The notes under the pieces are model-generated. The model saw nothing but the letters and a program-made list of their open reading frames with translations, did no database searches and had not been told where the DNA came from. Shown here one piece after another: positions 50,176 to 62,826 of a stretch of 64,000 bases of DNA (position 1 is its first letter; each line of letters opens with the position of its first letter). The stretch is from assembly GCA_964188305.1 (NCBI GenBank), contig OZ076888.1. One strand, given 5' to 3'. The stretch is from Podarcis bocagei (taxonomy: Eukaryota). The position numbers and the translations under genes are program-made.

Positions 50176-53100
50176 GGTGATAAAAGAGAACCATGAGGTC
50201 ATGGCATGAGAAGCCTAGGTAGTTTAAATGACGAGATTAAAATCTGGAAACTATGATGCTTTAAAAACAGATAATGCTTTTAGTGAAAGGCTTTTTGAAC
50301 ACACTCAGGTGACCTGCCTGAAATGAGGCAACAAAGAACTGAACACTTGACGTAGAGGTATAAGGCCCTAGATGCTTCCAGTTTACAAAGTTGGTTCACA
50401 TGGCCAAGTTACCTCTATGCAATCCTGCCTCCAGATTCCCTGCCCCCATGGACACCATCTCTTCCTCTCTCAGGACAATTCCTATTACTGTAGAAGCAGA
50501 ACCTCGCTTCTGCAAAGTAGCAGCCATAGGACATCTTCCATGGGGATGCATCACAGGCGGGTCATTGAGGAGAAGGGCAGGGAGACAAAACTGATGATGT
50601 CAGTCAGCCTTCAGATTTTGCACCTTTCTCAGCAGTGAAGGACATATCCGCTTTTAATCTACAACAAACCAGAAGAGCCTCCTAGTACAAATATGTTACC
50701 AGTCCAAAAGATGGTAACAAAAACATTTGAGTTTGAAGCAACTTTTACATGTGCATAAGTCACCAGATACAAAAGATGCTAGAATTAAAACACCAGTTAT
50801 AACAATTATGCACGCTAAGTTTGTTGTCCATTCTCGATCAAGGACATCTTGACAATGTTTTGCAAGGACACAACCAGCTAGCTGGTTACCCACCAGATCA
50901 TCTAGCCTTCTGAAAAATACAGCAAAACCATTACTTTGATACATCATAATTTCCCTCCTTGATCAAACTACTCTCTAATCATCATTTCTAGCTTTACTCT
51001 GTCAGTTATAAAGGCAGAAAACAGAAGTTTTGTGCATTTGATTAACTTCCAAACGGTTCAGCCTTTTCGAAGTTAAAGAGCAGTTACAATTTTAATGTGA
51101 ACTGAAATTAAATGTTAAAAAGGAAGTTCATTGATTAAAATTTTTAATACCCACAAAATTGTTATTCTAGAAAAGTTTTAGTGTTCCCTCTACCAATTTC
51201 TCTAACAGAGAACTATATCTACCAAAAAAAAAAAAAAAAAACAATTTACAGCTGCTCGTGAAATGTTACACTTCTATTTTTATTTTTAATTTGCTTTTAT
51301 TTTATTTTTTGTTGCCACATGAAGAGGCTATTCCCACTAGTTCCGTTGAAGTTCAGGTAAGTAAATGCAGGGTACTGCTGGTGGTGATATAACAAAAGCC
51401 AGAAGCCTAATGATCAAATCTTGTTGCCTTGTTGTTCCAAAGATAGGGTACTTCAGAAAGGCCAGGCTTGGAAAAGGATCAATGCCACACAAAAGGCAAC
51501 TAAAACTGATAGTTCAGAATAAAAAGAGTTATCCGAGGATTTCCAAGATAGTATTGCAAAAGAGCTACTGCTATGCAAATTCATAGGGGGAAAGGTAAAA
51601 AAAGAATAGATGATATCAAAAAGTTATTCAAGCTTTTGAACAACAGAAACTCTATGCCCCTGAGTATTATTAATAAAATTATTATCATTGAGAATTAGCT
51701 ATTTTTCTAGCCTGAGACAAAGCAAACCAATACTTCCATTATACCTTCAGTACAGTTAAATAGGCAGTTGTCTACCTGAAGTATCTACATGTATAAAAGT
51801 TCAAAAATAACCTGTCTAGAAATGTGTGTGTGTAAATATGTTTAGAAATAATTGTCAAGAATTAGTTATTTGGCAATGAAGATTTCTGTATATTTGAATG
51901 CTTGCACATTTTTTAAATCAACAAAAGCCGGTATCCTAAAAAGATATATCAAACAATGTTAGCATTCTCTTTCTAACATTCCCAAACAATGGGGCCTTTT
52001 AAATGTTTGTGATTTTTTTTTTTTTTTGCAAAGCCTTTCTTCAACTGTTACTCTTCCTGCCCCAACTCCTTACTGTTATTACATACGTACAGCTTTCCTC
52101 ACCATCTTGATATGTGACCATTCTCTTCTTTCCCTATCATTGCTTTCTCCACATTTCCCTCATGTGTAATCCTTGACTGTAAAATCATCAGAGCAGGGAC
52201 CTCTCCAGTGCTTTATCTCTGTAGAGTGTTATGTTCACTGATGGCACCGTATAATAAAGTATTTTCCCACTCCTTAGTCAAGTTGAAGCACGGGCATTTG
52301 TCATGTACAGAACCAATACTAATAGCTCCAAGCTCCTTAACTCAAAATGGCAACCTGTATAAGGTTATACTGGAACGCATTATTTAAACTAAGCCAGCCA
52401 ATCTTCTAGACTGTTGAGCAACTAAGACCTGAGCTCTAAAAGCAAATGGCATACCGTGTGTTTTTCATTGCTGAAGTTCCATGATTCTTCCTGATAGACA
52501 CACTACATTCTGACAGCTGCCTTAAAATCAATACCAATATGAAACCAGCTAACAAATTCCTGGAGTTCAGAGAAGTGCCCTAGAGAGGCAGCACTTTAGT
52601 AAAGTTACCTTACTTATCACAGCAAGTTCGATATTTAACCACCAGGGGATTTCCAAACTTTGCTGAGTTTTTGAAGTTAATGATTAATATTTCTGCCATC
52701 TGGAGACAGAGAGAAAGCGATAAGTACAATAGGTTGTGTTAGGATAACCACAATTACATTTTTCTTTTTTCCACCCCTCTCAGGACTTGCTAGGAAGGAA
52801 GACAAGTGACTGAAAACAGCAGCTAAAACCAAGCCTTCCAGGAGACATTGTGCTGGGTGGAGACAATGAAAACTTTCTTCCACAGCACTTGGTACTAAAC
52901 TAAAAGCAACATCCTGTCCCTTCAGATGATTCCACACCATCTTGCCCTGCAGATCTCACCCTCTATTAGTTTGCTTTAAAGGAGAGTTTTAGTGGCAAGT
53001 ACATGGAATGTGAAGATGAAATTGCAGGCCTCTGTACACATTTGTCCATAGAGCAGGTAGATGAAGCCAATGCAGAAGCCAATAGAAGCTTCTGCTTCTG

Positions 53101-53329
53101 GGTGCCACCCACCCAGCTTGTTTCAATCCCTCGTTGTAGAAATCATTCTTTGCATGAACAAAATGCATACATGGAGGCTGGTGTACCCAACTCTGTGTTT
53201 TGTTTTGGTTTTGTAAAAGAACCAAAAAAAGGGATATTTTTTAATATACTCGCCATGGATGTTCGGAATTTACTGCCAGCAACCAACCAACTGGTTCTGC
53301 ATTTCCAAGAAACCAATCTCTGAGTGTGG

Positions 53330-53612
53330 CAGTGCCTACACTTTAGAACAATTCCCTGTCTGTTGACATCAGGCAGACACCTTCATTGTACTATTCTTGA
53401 TGCCTGCTAAAAACATGTTTGTTTAGGTGAGCCCACTCAGATATGTAGAATGTTGATATGCATAATGTTTTAATCTGTTCTTAGTTCATTGCTGATTTAA
53501 ATTTTTTTAACAGAGTTGTTTAAGTGTTTACTGATTATTTTGCTCTCTGCAAACTGCTTTGAGGCTTTTCGCAATCAAGCGGTGTATAAATTTCATGAAA
53601 TAAAATAATAAA
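53330..53612 (+). mobile_element. Old L2 3' fragment
   Basis: aaactgctttgagg..aatcaagcggtgtataaat plus A-rich tail. Confidence 0.5.
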
Positions 53613-55510
53613 TACAAAAACATACATTTTTTAAATGGAAAGGTCAAGACAAATTAACCGAAGATTTTTTACAGCCCATTCTTCTTCCAACCACAGGTTA
53701 CCTGACCCCTTGCCAAGGGTATCCAAAAACTTTACATTGTAGGAGCCCTAAGGGTTCAACAGGAATTGGGAGTACCATTATTAGTATACTTTGATGGTAT
53801 ACCGAGCTGGATGGGCTAACAGATTGACCTCTTTCCCTTCTCCCATTTAGAAACAGCTATAGTTTCTTGTATTAGAGGAGGGTACGAAGCACAACTCATT
53901 TCTTTTAAACATATATGGTCCTTTTTACCGTACGGTTTTCTACAAATGTTCCTTGTGAACCAGTCCCTACACTCTGCCTGAGATACAAGACAATTTAGAA
54001 AACCAGATCACAGGCTAGGATGCATTAACTTACTGTGAGGTTTAATTGCATTTTTTCTGAACACAGCATTCAGATGCATCCCAAGTAATCAATATTGAAG
54101 AATATAAATCATGACTTCAAATGGAAGTGACAGTCTTAAATTAACAGCACAGAGAAACATTCTGGTTCAGTTCTTTGATTTACTCAGTTTTGTAAAACCC
54201 AAAGCTTCAAAAAGAACTCACACTGGCATTAATTAAACAACATTTTTATTACCTACTATCAAAGCATTACAAGGAGGGTTTACTAGTCAGCTCTGCTAAG
54301 GAATTACAAGCTTCACTCAATTAACAGTCTAACTTTTTTGTGGTGTCACTGCTAATTGAGATATTTTTCATTTTTATATCTTCTAAATTAATGTTGTACA
54401 GGAGAGCTCAGTCCAAGCACACAGGCAATCAGAGGAATCAACAGGAATCCTGAGGTCAGGAGAATTAACAGTGAAATATTTTAGTCATTAACTAAGTTTC
54501 AAAGATGCTGGCAATGACAAAGGGGGCTTTATTTTACCCTGTGATGGGAAGATCCTAGGTCAACAAGAAGTAACTATACACAAGAATATTTAAATTTCCA
54601 AATGCAAATCTATTCTCATAGAATTAGCCGAGACACTGGACTGCCATTTCCAGAAATAATGAAGGCAGACATGAGAGGCTACGTTGCCTTGGGTATACAG
54701 GAAAATATTTGAGTAAGTGGAGACAAGAGTAATTGAAGACAACGCCATAGCTGTTCTTTCATTAAAGTTAGGCTGTATGGTACTATATGAAATTGATAAA
54801 ACAATGAGAAGTTATATAGCAATGGATTATTTCAGTTTTATTGACAACTAAAGGAGTTACACAATTTTTCACTGGAAGTAGTCACCATGCTGACTGGGGG
54901 CTACAGGTTTCTCACCCCAGGTATAAATGCTCACACAGATCATGTTATTTATTTTGAAAGTTTCAAAATATTTATATTTACCTTTCAAACTTCCTATATC
55001 TTGCTATAATAGGATGTGTTCCATTGTATGATAGTCTTATTAATATTTGTAATATCGTTTAGAGTTTGCATGGCACATGCAATGTTCACAGTCATAAATA
55101 AATGGTGTAATAGTACAATGTTACTTTATCTAATCAGAAAATGTTTTGAAACTATCTGCAACTTGCAGTTTTAAGATTTCACAGCAATACTGTACTCAAG
55201 TTGAGTAAGTGAAGTCAAGAACAAAGGAGTCAAGCTCACAGTTTTTTGAAGGGAAAGTGTCTTAGATGGAGGCTTCTCTAGGTACAAATTGCAGATTCTT
55301 GCATTTTAGGCAAACCAGTAAGACATTGTTCGCACAATTAGCAATTGTGAACGTGTCTTTTTAAAAAAAAATAGTTGGTGGATCTGGAAAGGGTTCCTTG
55401 TAGGGATGTGTAGTTTAATAATTTACCATCTTCTGTAGTCCCTATATATATTGTTTTTCCCTCCATTTTATTCACAGCAATAAAAGTCCCCCCTCCCCTG
55501 AAGTGCAAAA

Positions 55511-55643
55511 GTCATAGAATCAAAGGTGGAAGGGATCTTGAGGGTCAACTAGTCCAACCCCCAGCAATGCAGAAATCTTGCCCACAGCCATCCTTGGGTG
55601 GGCTCAAGCTACCAACCTTCTGGTTAATGCACTGACCCATTGC
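55511..55643 (-). mobile_element. tRNA-Asn-derived SINE with CR1 3' tail
   Basis: Minus strand GCAATGGGTCAGTGCATTAACCAGAAGGTTGGTAGCTTGAGCCCACCCAAGGATG resembles tRNA-Asn-GTT; followed by AGATTTCTGCATTGCTGGGGGTTGGACTAGTTGACCC..CCCTTCCA..GATTCTATGA. Confidence 0.78.
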
Positions 55644-57511
55644 AGGAGAAACCTAATCTGGATTGGGACTGCAGTAATGAGCAAACCCTTTCTAGAATTT
55701 CAGTCTGGATCACCCTCTCTCTATGCCTGCTATTAACCTTTTAAAAACCACTCATGGAATTGCTAATGGTATGAATGGTGTCTAATCGAGTTTGGCTCTT
55801 GGTATAATGACTTCCATATAAAAATCAACTAGATCAAGGGCAGTGGTCACCACACAGTGCAAGAAATTATGGATAATAAAAAGCCTATACTAATGATTGC
55901 AGCAATTACCTACAACTTAAACTGCAATGTATCATGTGACCCACCCTGAGAACTACAGAAGGAGAGTATACAAATGTGAATACTAATAATAATAATGGCA
56001 ATAGTGATGATGATGATATAGCCACCCAGACTGATTTTTCGAGGCAAACAACAGGAAAACATATCAGTTCCCTTAAGTACCAATTACAATAATAAAATAC
56101 TTTTAAATAATTATTCAAGTAGGTTGTGCTAAAAATGGCACTGTCTATTTAGAAATAATATTTTTTTTCAAGGTAGCAAAAGGCAGCTGGGTAATCTTTC
56201 CTGCCCTTGACCACTTTTTGTTTAAGGTTCAGCATAGCCAGTTTCTGTTTTTAAAGCAAGACTTTTACTTTTTGATGCTTTCCTCTGCATTATTAATTTA
56301 TTATATTTCAAATTGTACTGATGCTCTCTCTTTCAGAAAGACAGATTGATAAAATATGTAGAGTTAAATTTTGATCAGTGAACTAAAATATTAAATCAGT
56401 GGCACTGAATTAAGTGCACGTTTGTTTTCTAGTATTATAATGAAAATTTTAGATGACCTTCAGCAATACATAGTGTCATTTGTTTATTAAACAGAGGGCT
56501 CAGAATTCCTCAAAAAGGCACCTAAGCTGAGGACTTGGCAGTGCCAAGAACAATGCCACTTCAACTGAGGTGCCGCCACTTCTGGGGCAGAACGTGTAAT
56601 CACTTTGTTAGAGAGCATTTTTAAAAGCAGAAGTCACTCTCTCCAGGAGAAACCACGAAAGTCAATCTCTCTAGTGAAAACTACAAAAGTAATTTAGGTC
56701 GCAGAATGTAATCATCACGAGTTGAATTTGGCCAGAAGAACATCAGGGTTAATAACCTCACTCTTGCGATAAGCACCAAGGGATCCTTAATGACCAGTAT
56801 AAATTGAACTCCTTCCTTCCTCTTTATTAACATACTATGGGGCTGATTCAAACCTACAAAAGCAAGAAATTAAGAAATGAAACTGCTAAACTCACCCTGT
56901 TGTGCTTATATGTGGAAGCTATCAAGATTGCCTGTTGTGAAGCAGCCCTGACGCACAGCCTCTACAATACTAGTTCATGATGATGTGACATGGGGAGGGG
57001 GGAGATGATCTTCAAAGTTGGACTTTTAAATAAAGGAAGTTACTTTCTCTTGCTGCTTTATTCATGAACCATGTGTTCTTAACATTTTAGTATAGACTAA
57101 CATACATTTGATGGTCGTTAACTGTCTTGAGGTCCCAAATTGTACGGAAAAGCAGAACTGCCACCACAGAACTCATATGGCTGACTTTAAATCTTGGCAA
57201 CCTCGTGAAAAATTAAAAATCCAGGATAAACTTGAATCACAGATGAACCAAAATTAAGAAAAGAACAAAAAACAATGAGCTCATTTGTCAAAGCTGTGAA
57301 GCAGATTCATAGCCGCTCTCTGGCTGCACCTGTGAGGTGAGATAATTGACCGAACATATGAGAGACGCCTAGTTATATCATATCAGCACAAATGCACCGT
57401 TTAGCTAATTTTTAGTTGAATGTTATGCTAGCGAAATTGCTTCAGATAAACAGCTCATTACATGTTGGCATCTACTATGCAGTGTAGTTCAGATTAGTAG
57501 CCACTTTTTGT

Positions 57512-57893
57512 GGCTGCATTCACACATAGCATTAAGCTGGAGTTTTGGGCTGATCGTGGAGTGCTGTGAAGCAAATGGCTTCCTGGTTTGTTTCCCCGTT
57601 TCCCGTTATGTTGGAAACAGGGATGGTGGTTTGCTGCTCCTTAACAAGTAATGGTTGTTAGCCAACCTTCAGCTATGGTTTGTTGTTGCCTTATGGATTC
57701 TGGCTTGTTAGGGAGCAACAAGCTACAATCTCTGGTTCAGACTTAATGAAAACACAAGGTGTACTGGTTTGTTTATCTCACTTGCACCAGGAGAGGAACA
57801 AATTGGGAGTGATTGGACAGCATGCACTACCACACTACATAATAAACCACGATAAGCAGAGTCACTGGCATATCATTATATGAAAACACAGCC
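57512..57893. mobile_element. Possible old PIF/Harbinger-like MITE
   Basis: Degenerate termini GGCTGCATTCACA...TGAAAACACAGCC with ggtttg/aaacc internal symmetry; TSD not clear. Confidence 0.35.
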
Positions 57894-60160
57894 ATAGCAA
57901 CCAATTTTTAAATTATAGGTTATTATACAGGACAGAGTTGGGTGGGGGGGATTCACCTAAACTGAAGCCTTGTATTTTCTGACCTGACTATGTAAACTAG
58001 AATTACTTTCTCACAAAAGTGTTTTAGAAACTAACAAAATAACCTTTTCTAGATTGATACAAAACAGGGGGAAATGTTAATACCTTGCATTAAATATTCT
58101 ACACTGATAGTCTTCTGCTGTCTAATACAAAGCTACAGCAATTATTTCCTTCTCCATTTCAAGCTATGGGTAGGGAAGGGATCAGCCAAACAGAATTGGC
58201 ATGGAAATAACCATGGGTGATCAGAAAGCTGCATAATGCATCCGTCAGCTTCAATATACCCACTAACAAAAATAAATTACTTGCATTTGAAAAGAACAGT
58301 AATTCTTTCAGAGACTCTTCATGGGGTGCCATGTTGAGTCTCAAAGAGCAATGCTTTCAAGCACCAAACTGGGCCAAAGGATAAAACAGAAGTAAAAAGT
58401 CCAATTATGAGCGGGGAAAGAATGTATGCTTCAAGTTCTATTTATGTTAAAGAGTGGTTTCCCCATGAAGTTTTCTATAAGTAGTCCCAGGATAAACAGT
58501 ATCACCAATCATGTTTCATAACATTCAATACAGAATTTCAACGCAACACCAATGTGTCAAGAACGAATGCATTCAAGCAAACATTTATTCTCCTTGCCTA
58601 TAGCTTCCTCAAAATAAATTTATCTGAGAACCGAAAATTCTCATTTAGTCACAGCCCACAGGTAAGTAGCTTTCTAAAGAATACAGTGATAAATAGGGTG
58701 TTATTTTAGTTTTACCAAAAATAACTTTAAAAATACTGTATCAGAAAACTTCCTTTATGGAGAACTCTTCATAAAGGAACGTTTGAAAAATAATCTAGTG
58801 TTTGTTTGTTGTAAGTCTCCACCCTTAGGAATACCTTTACATTCTTAATACCTTTAACTTTTTGAAGACAGTCACTTTCTTGGACAGTATTTAGTAATGG
58901 TCTCCTGCATCAAGGACATATGCTTCATTTGAGCAGTTAAGACTAGGCCAATTGTACACAACTGGTTGGCATTTAAGGACTTTGTGAAGGAAGGGTCCTG
59001 TTTCGCTTTTATCTCAGTACTTCCAGGTAGCACACAATGCTCAACAAATCAAACAGAAGTTGCGTGCAAACCAGAGGAGGCAACCACACATTTACAGTGT
59101 TGCATAAAGTTTCAGTTCATTGTCCACAATTAGCACAGTTGCTTGAAAAATCACCAAGTACTGCTGTTGTGTCATTTGAAGTCCCAATACAGAAAGAGAA
59201 CGGGCAAATTTAGCAGATACAGAAAAGCAACACTATGTGTGTGGGGGGAGGATAAATGCTGTGTGTGTGTGCATGCGCACACAAGAGACAACAAGAGGAC
59301 CACTTTAATGCTTAATTATAGATGTTGGTTAAAATAGTGGTTGTTTGATTTCTTAAAAAAGTATTAAACGTTTCTGTGCTTTTCTCCTCTTCTGCAACGC
59401 CATCCTCTCAGTACTGTCCTTTGCCTTCTCTGCTTCCTTCAAACCTCACTCAAAAAGAGGACCTGGACAGGAAGTTATTAAACTTCAATCCGCAATGCAT
59501 CTTCTGCACACTTTGCAAGGCTGAACTTTTCACCCACAGCCTACATTTCTATGACACCCTTTAGCACAGCCATAGTGAGGAAAGGCACAGCAACTCAGAC
59601 AGCAGGATAGCGCCACAATTCATCGCCAACCCCATTTGACACAAACAAACGGTGTGTCAGTCCTTTGAACGGGAAAGACTTATTATGAGGCAGCTGCCGA
59701 AAAAGCAAAAGGGGCACATGGGCCAGGCTGCTACCGAATCATGACCCCTCTCTGATTCAAATGTGAAATATACTAAAACTTTCAGAATCACATTTTCCCC
59801 ACGACAGGAGTGGTCGCAGACACAAATGCTGGGGAGTGAGTGGCTTAGAGTATTCTAATAAACGCAGGCATTGTTTGCACAGCTCTGAGAAAAGGGTTCA
59901 AAACAAAGCTATGCTGCTGGTGGGCAAGCAGCAGAGAGCAGGATAATTTAAAGCGTGTGCTTTTCCCTTCCCCTTTGTAGGAGGCATGCCTGTCACTGCG
60001 CAGCTGTGCTGCCGGCGTCATCACTCCCTCTGTCTCCCGTCTTGCTAATTAAAAGGTTGATCACAGAACAATGCTCTTCTCATTAATTTCAGTGTTCCGA
60101 TTGGGCAGGATCCCCGTTTGCTCCGCCTGATCTTTTCCATGCGGTTGAAGTTAATGTGAC

Positions 60161-60316
60161 NNNNNNNNNNNNNNNNNNNNNNNNNNNNNNNNNNNNNNNN
60201 NNNNNNNNNNNNNNNNNNNNNNNNNNNNNNNNNNNNNNNNNNNNNNNNNNNNNNNNNNNNNNNNNNNNNNNNNNNNNNNNNNNNNNNNNNNNNNNNNNNN
60301 NNNNNNNNNNNNNNNN
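60161..60316. other. N-run, 156 nt
   Basis: Directly visible. Confidence 0.99.
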
Positions 60317-61681
60317 CATTAGTTAAACCTAGACACTGAGTGGCTTTATTAGGACACTGCAGCTTATTGATGTGCAGCTCCAGCAAAGTAAGATAGCATT
60401 TTCTTTTCAAACGGAAAGAAAGAGGCTTCAGCTGAGAGGCAGTATTTATTAGACTAATTCCAGGAGCAGCAGAAAGCTTGCTGCCCTGACACAGTTAATT
60501 GGCATCTTGATGTGTACAGCAGATTAGGAACAATGAAAATGTTGCAGTTCGGGCATTAGGAAAGACCATCCAGCAAATCTGAATGTGAATTTGCACACAA
60601 TACCAAGGGCAGACAACTGTGTAACCTTCTGACCAGATTTAACACAAATGTGCTTTAAAATTGAAATATGGCAATCAATAAAACAGCCAACACAAAAACC
60701 CCTGCACTTCTGCAACTCAAAATATCATATTAAGCAGTATCCTAGCACAATAAGGTACACAAGACACATCAATAACGTTCTACATTCTCAAGAGCTGCTC
60801 CCAAGGTCAGACATCTTGTTGTGAGTACCCAGCAGATTCTCTGAAGGTCAAAAGACTCTACAGCTTTGCTTGATCGATAAGGCAGCAAGTTCAACCAGGA
60901 CCTTCTGCAGAGATGGCTTTGTGCTGCTACCTGGTGCCTCAACAATACATGGAAAGAGACCTTCTCAGAGGTTAGAGGAGACTATAGTTCCACAGCAAAG
61001 CTGAGTGATGATATAACTGACAGAAACTAGTGTTGTGTACCATGATTCAAAGCTTCCACAACCATATGACTAAATGAAGTATTTGTAAAGAAAGAAAACA
61101 AGAATCCTTATATGCCAGGCACATCAGTTGCAGTAACAGTCTTGTTCTGTGACAGGACATGAAAACGAATTCTATACAAATATCTAAATTAGCTCTTTGT
61201 AAAGGTTCCGACAGAAGAGTGAGGATGCACAATATTTCACTAAAAAAGTTAAATCCAAACAGGGAAATTCAAAGTTAACGGTTCCAAATCTAAGCACAGC
61301 AACAAGCAACAAAAATACAAATTGGTGGATTCCAGAGAGAGAGAGAAAATCTCTCTTGGGCAGTTTTGACTCCTTTAGGGCACCGCCTCATTTTTAGTAG
61401 AACATAGCAATCTCTTGTGTTAACCATTATTTTTAATTTTCAGAAATAATAAGAAGAAAATTCTGTCCCAGGCTTTTCTTTGTTGCTTTTGACTAATTTC
61501 TTTTTTACAAGCCATTTTGAGTTTTTCTACCATACGGGGTAAATCAGAGCAGTATGGTTCTCAGTACTGCTTGGCCCCTCCTCTCCTAATGGACTCCTCT
61601 TTAGAGAGGCTTTGCCAAGCTTTACTCCTCAGAATTCCTGCATGGAAAATGGTGCGCCATGCCACAGTCGGAGAAACGTGC

Positions 61682-62037
61682 NNNNNNNNNNNNNNNNNNN
61701 NNNNNNNNNNNNNNNNNNNNNNNNNNNNNNNNNNNNNNNNNNNNNNNNNNNNNNNNNNNNNNNNNNNNNNNNNNNNNNNNNNNNNNNNNNNNNNNNNNNN
61801 NNNNNNNNNNNNNNNNNNNNNNNNNNNNNNNNNNNNNNNNNNNNNNNNNNNNNNNNNNNNNNNNNNNNNNNNNNNNNNNNNNNNNNNNNNNNNNNNNNNN
61901 NNNNNNNNNNNNNNNNNNNNNNNNNNNNNNNNNNNNNNNNNNNNNNNNNNNNNNNNNNNNNNNNNNNNNNNNNNNNNNNNNNNNNNNNNNNNNNNNNNNN
62001 NNNNNNNNNNNNNNNNNNNNNNNNNNNNNNNNNNNNN
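61682..62037. other. N-run, 356 nt
   Basis: Directly visible. Confidence 0.99.
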
Positions 62038-62504
62038 CTGTTTGTGCATTAACTACAGAGCCAAAACGAGGCGAATTGATCGTTTGACTTTTGGAGTGGT
62101 CACGTGATCCCTGTGTGCGGGTGATCCGGCATGCATCAGCGGGCAATGCTGCAGTACATGCCTGATGAGGAACTTGCTTCTCATTATTACTCCTCCTAGG
62201 GACAAAGACACAGGAGCCTTTCTGAGCTGATCCAGACCCATGTAAACTTGCTCTCAACTTAGCCAAAGAGCGGATAAGGCTAGAACAGAGTCCCCCCCCA
62301 AAAAAAATTCTTCTCTCAGATTTCTAGGTCTGGGTGATGTTCCTGCAGCACACTAGGCTGTTATCCAAAAAGGTCACTCAAATGTCCCAGCTTGATGACC
62401 TTATACCCAGGAAGTGGATTTTCGCCACCATTTCATGAAATACGCCATTGTTCTCCCCATTTTACAGATGGGAAAACTAAGGCAACTAACAACGTCTCCA
62501 CCCC

Positions 62505-62826
62505 CATCGTTCAGCCCGGACACTGAGGTCCAGTGCTGAGGGCCTTCTGGCGGTTCCCTCACTGCAAGAGGTGAGGTTACAGGGAACTGGGCAGAGGGCC
62601 TGCTCGGTAGTGGTGCCCGCCCTGTGGAACGCCCTCCCATCCGATGTGAAGGAAATAAACAACTATCTTACTTTTAAAAGACATCTGAAGACAGTCCTGT
62701 TTAGGGAAGTTTTTAATGTTTAATGCTGTATTGTGTTTTTAATATTCGGTTGGAAGCTGCCCAGAGTGGCTGGGGAAACCCAGCCAGATGGGTGGGGTAT
62801 AAATAATAAATAATAATAATTATTAA
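62505..62826 (+). mobile_element. L2 LINE 3' fragment
   Basis: agagggcc..gtagtggtgcccgccctgtggaacgccctccc..cctgtttagggaag..cccagagtggctggggaaacccagccagatgggtggggtataaataat. Confidence 0.8.
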
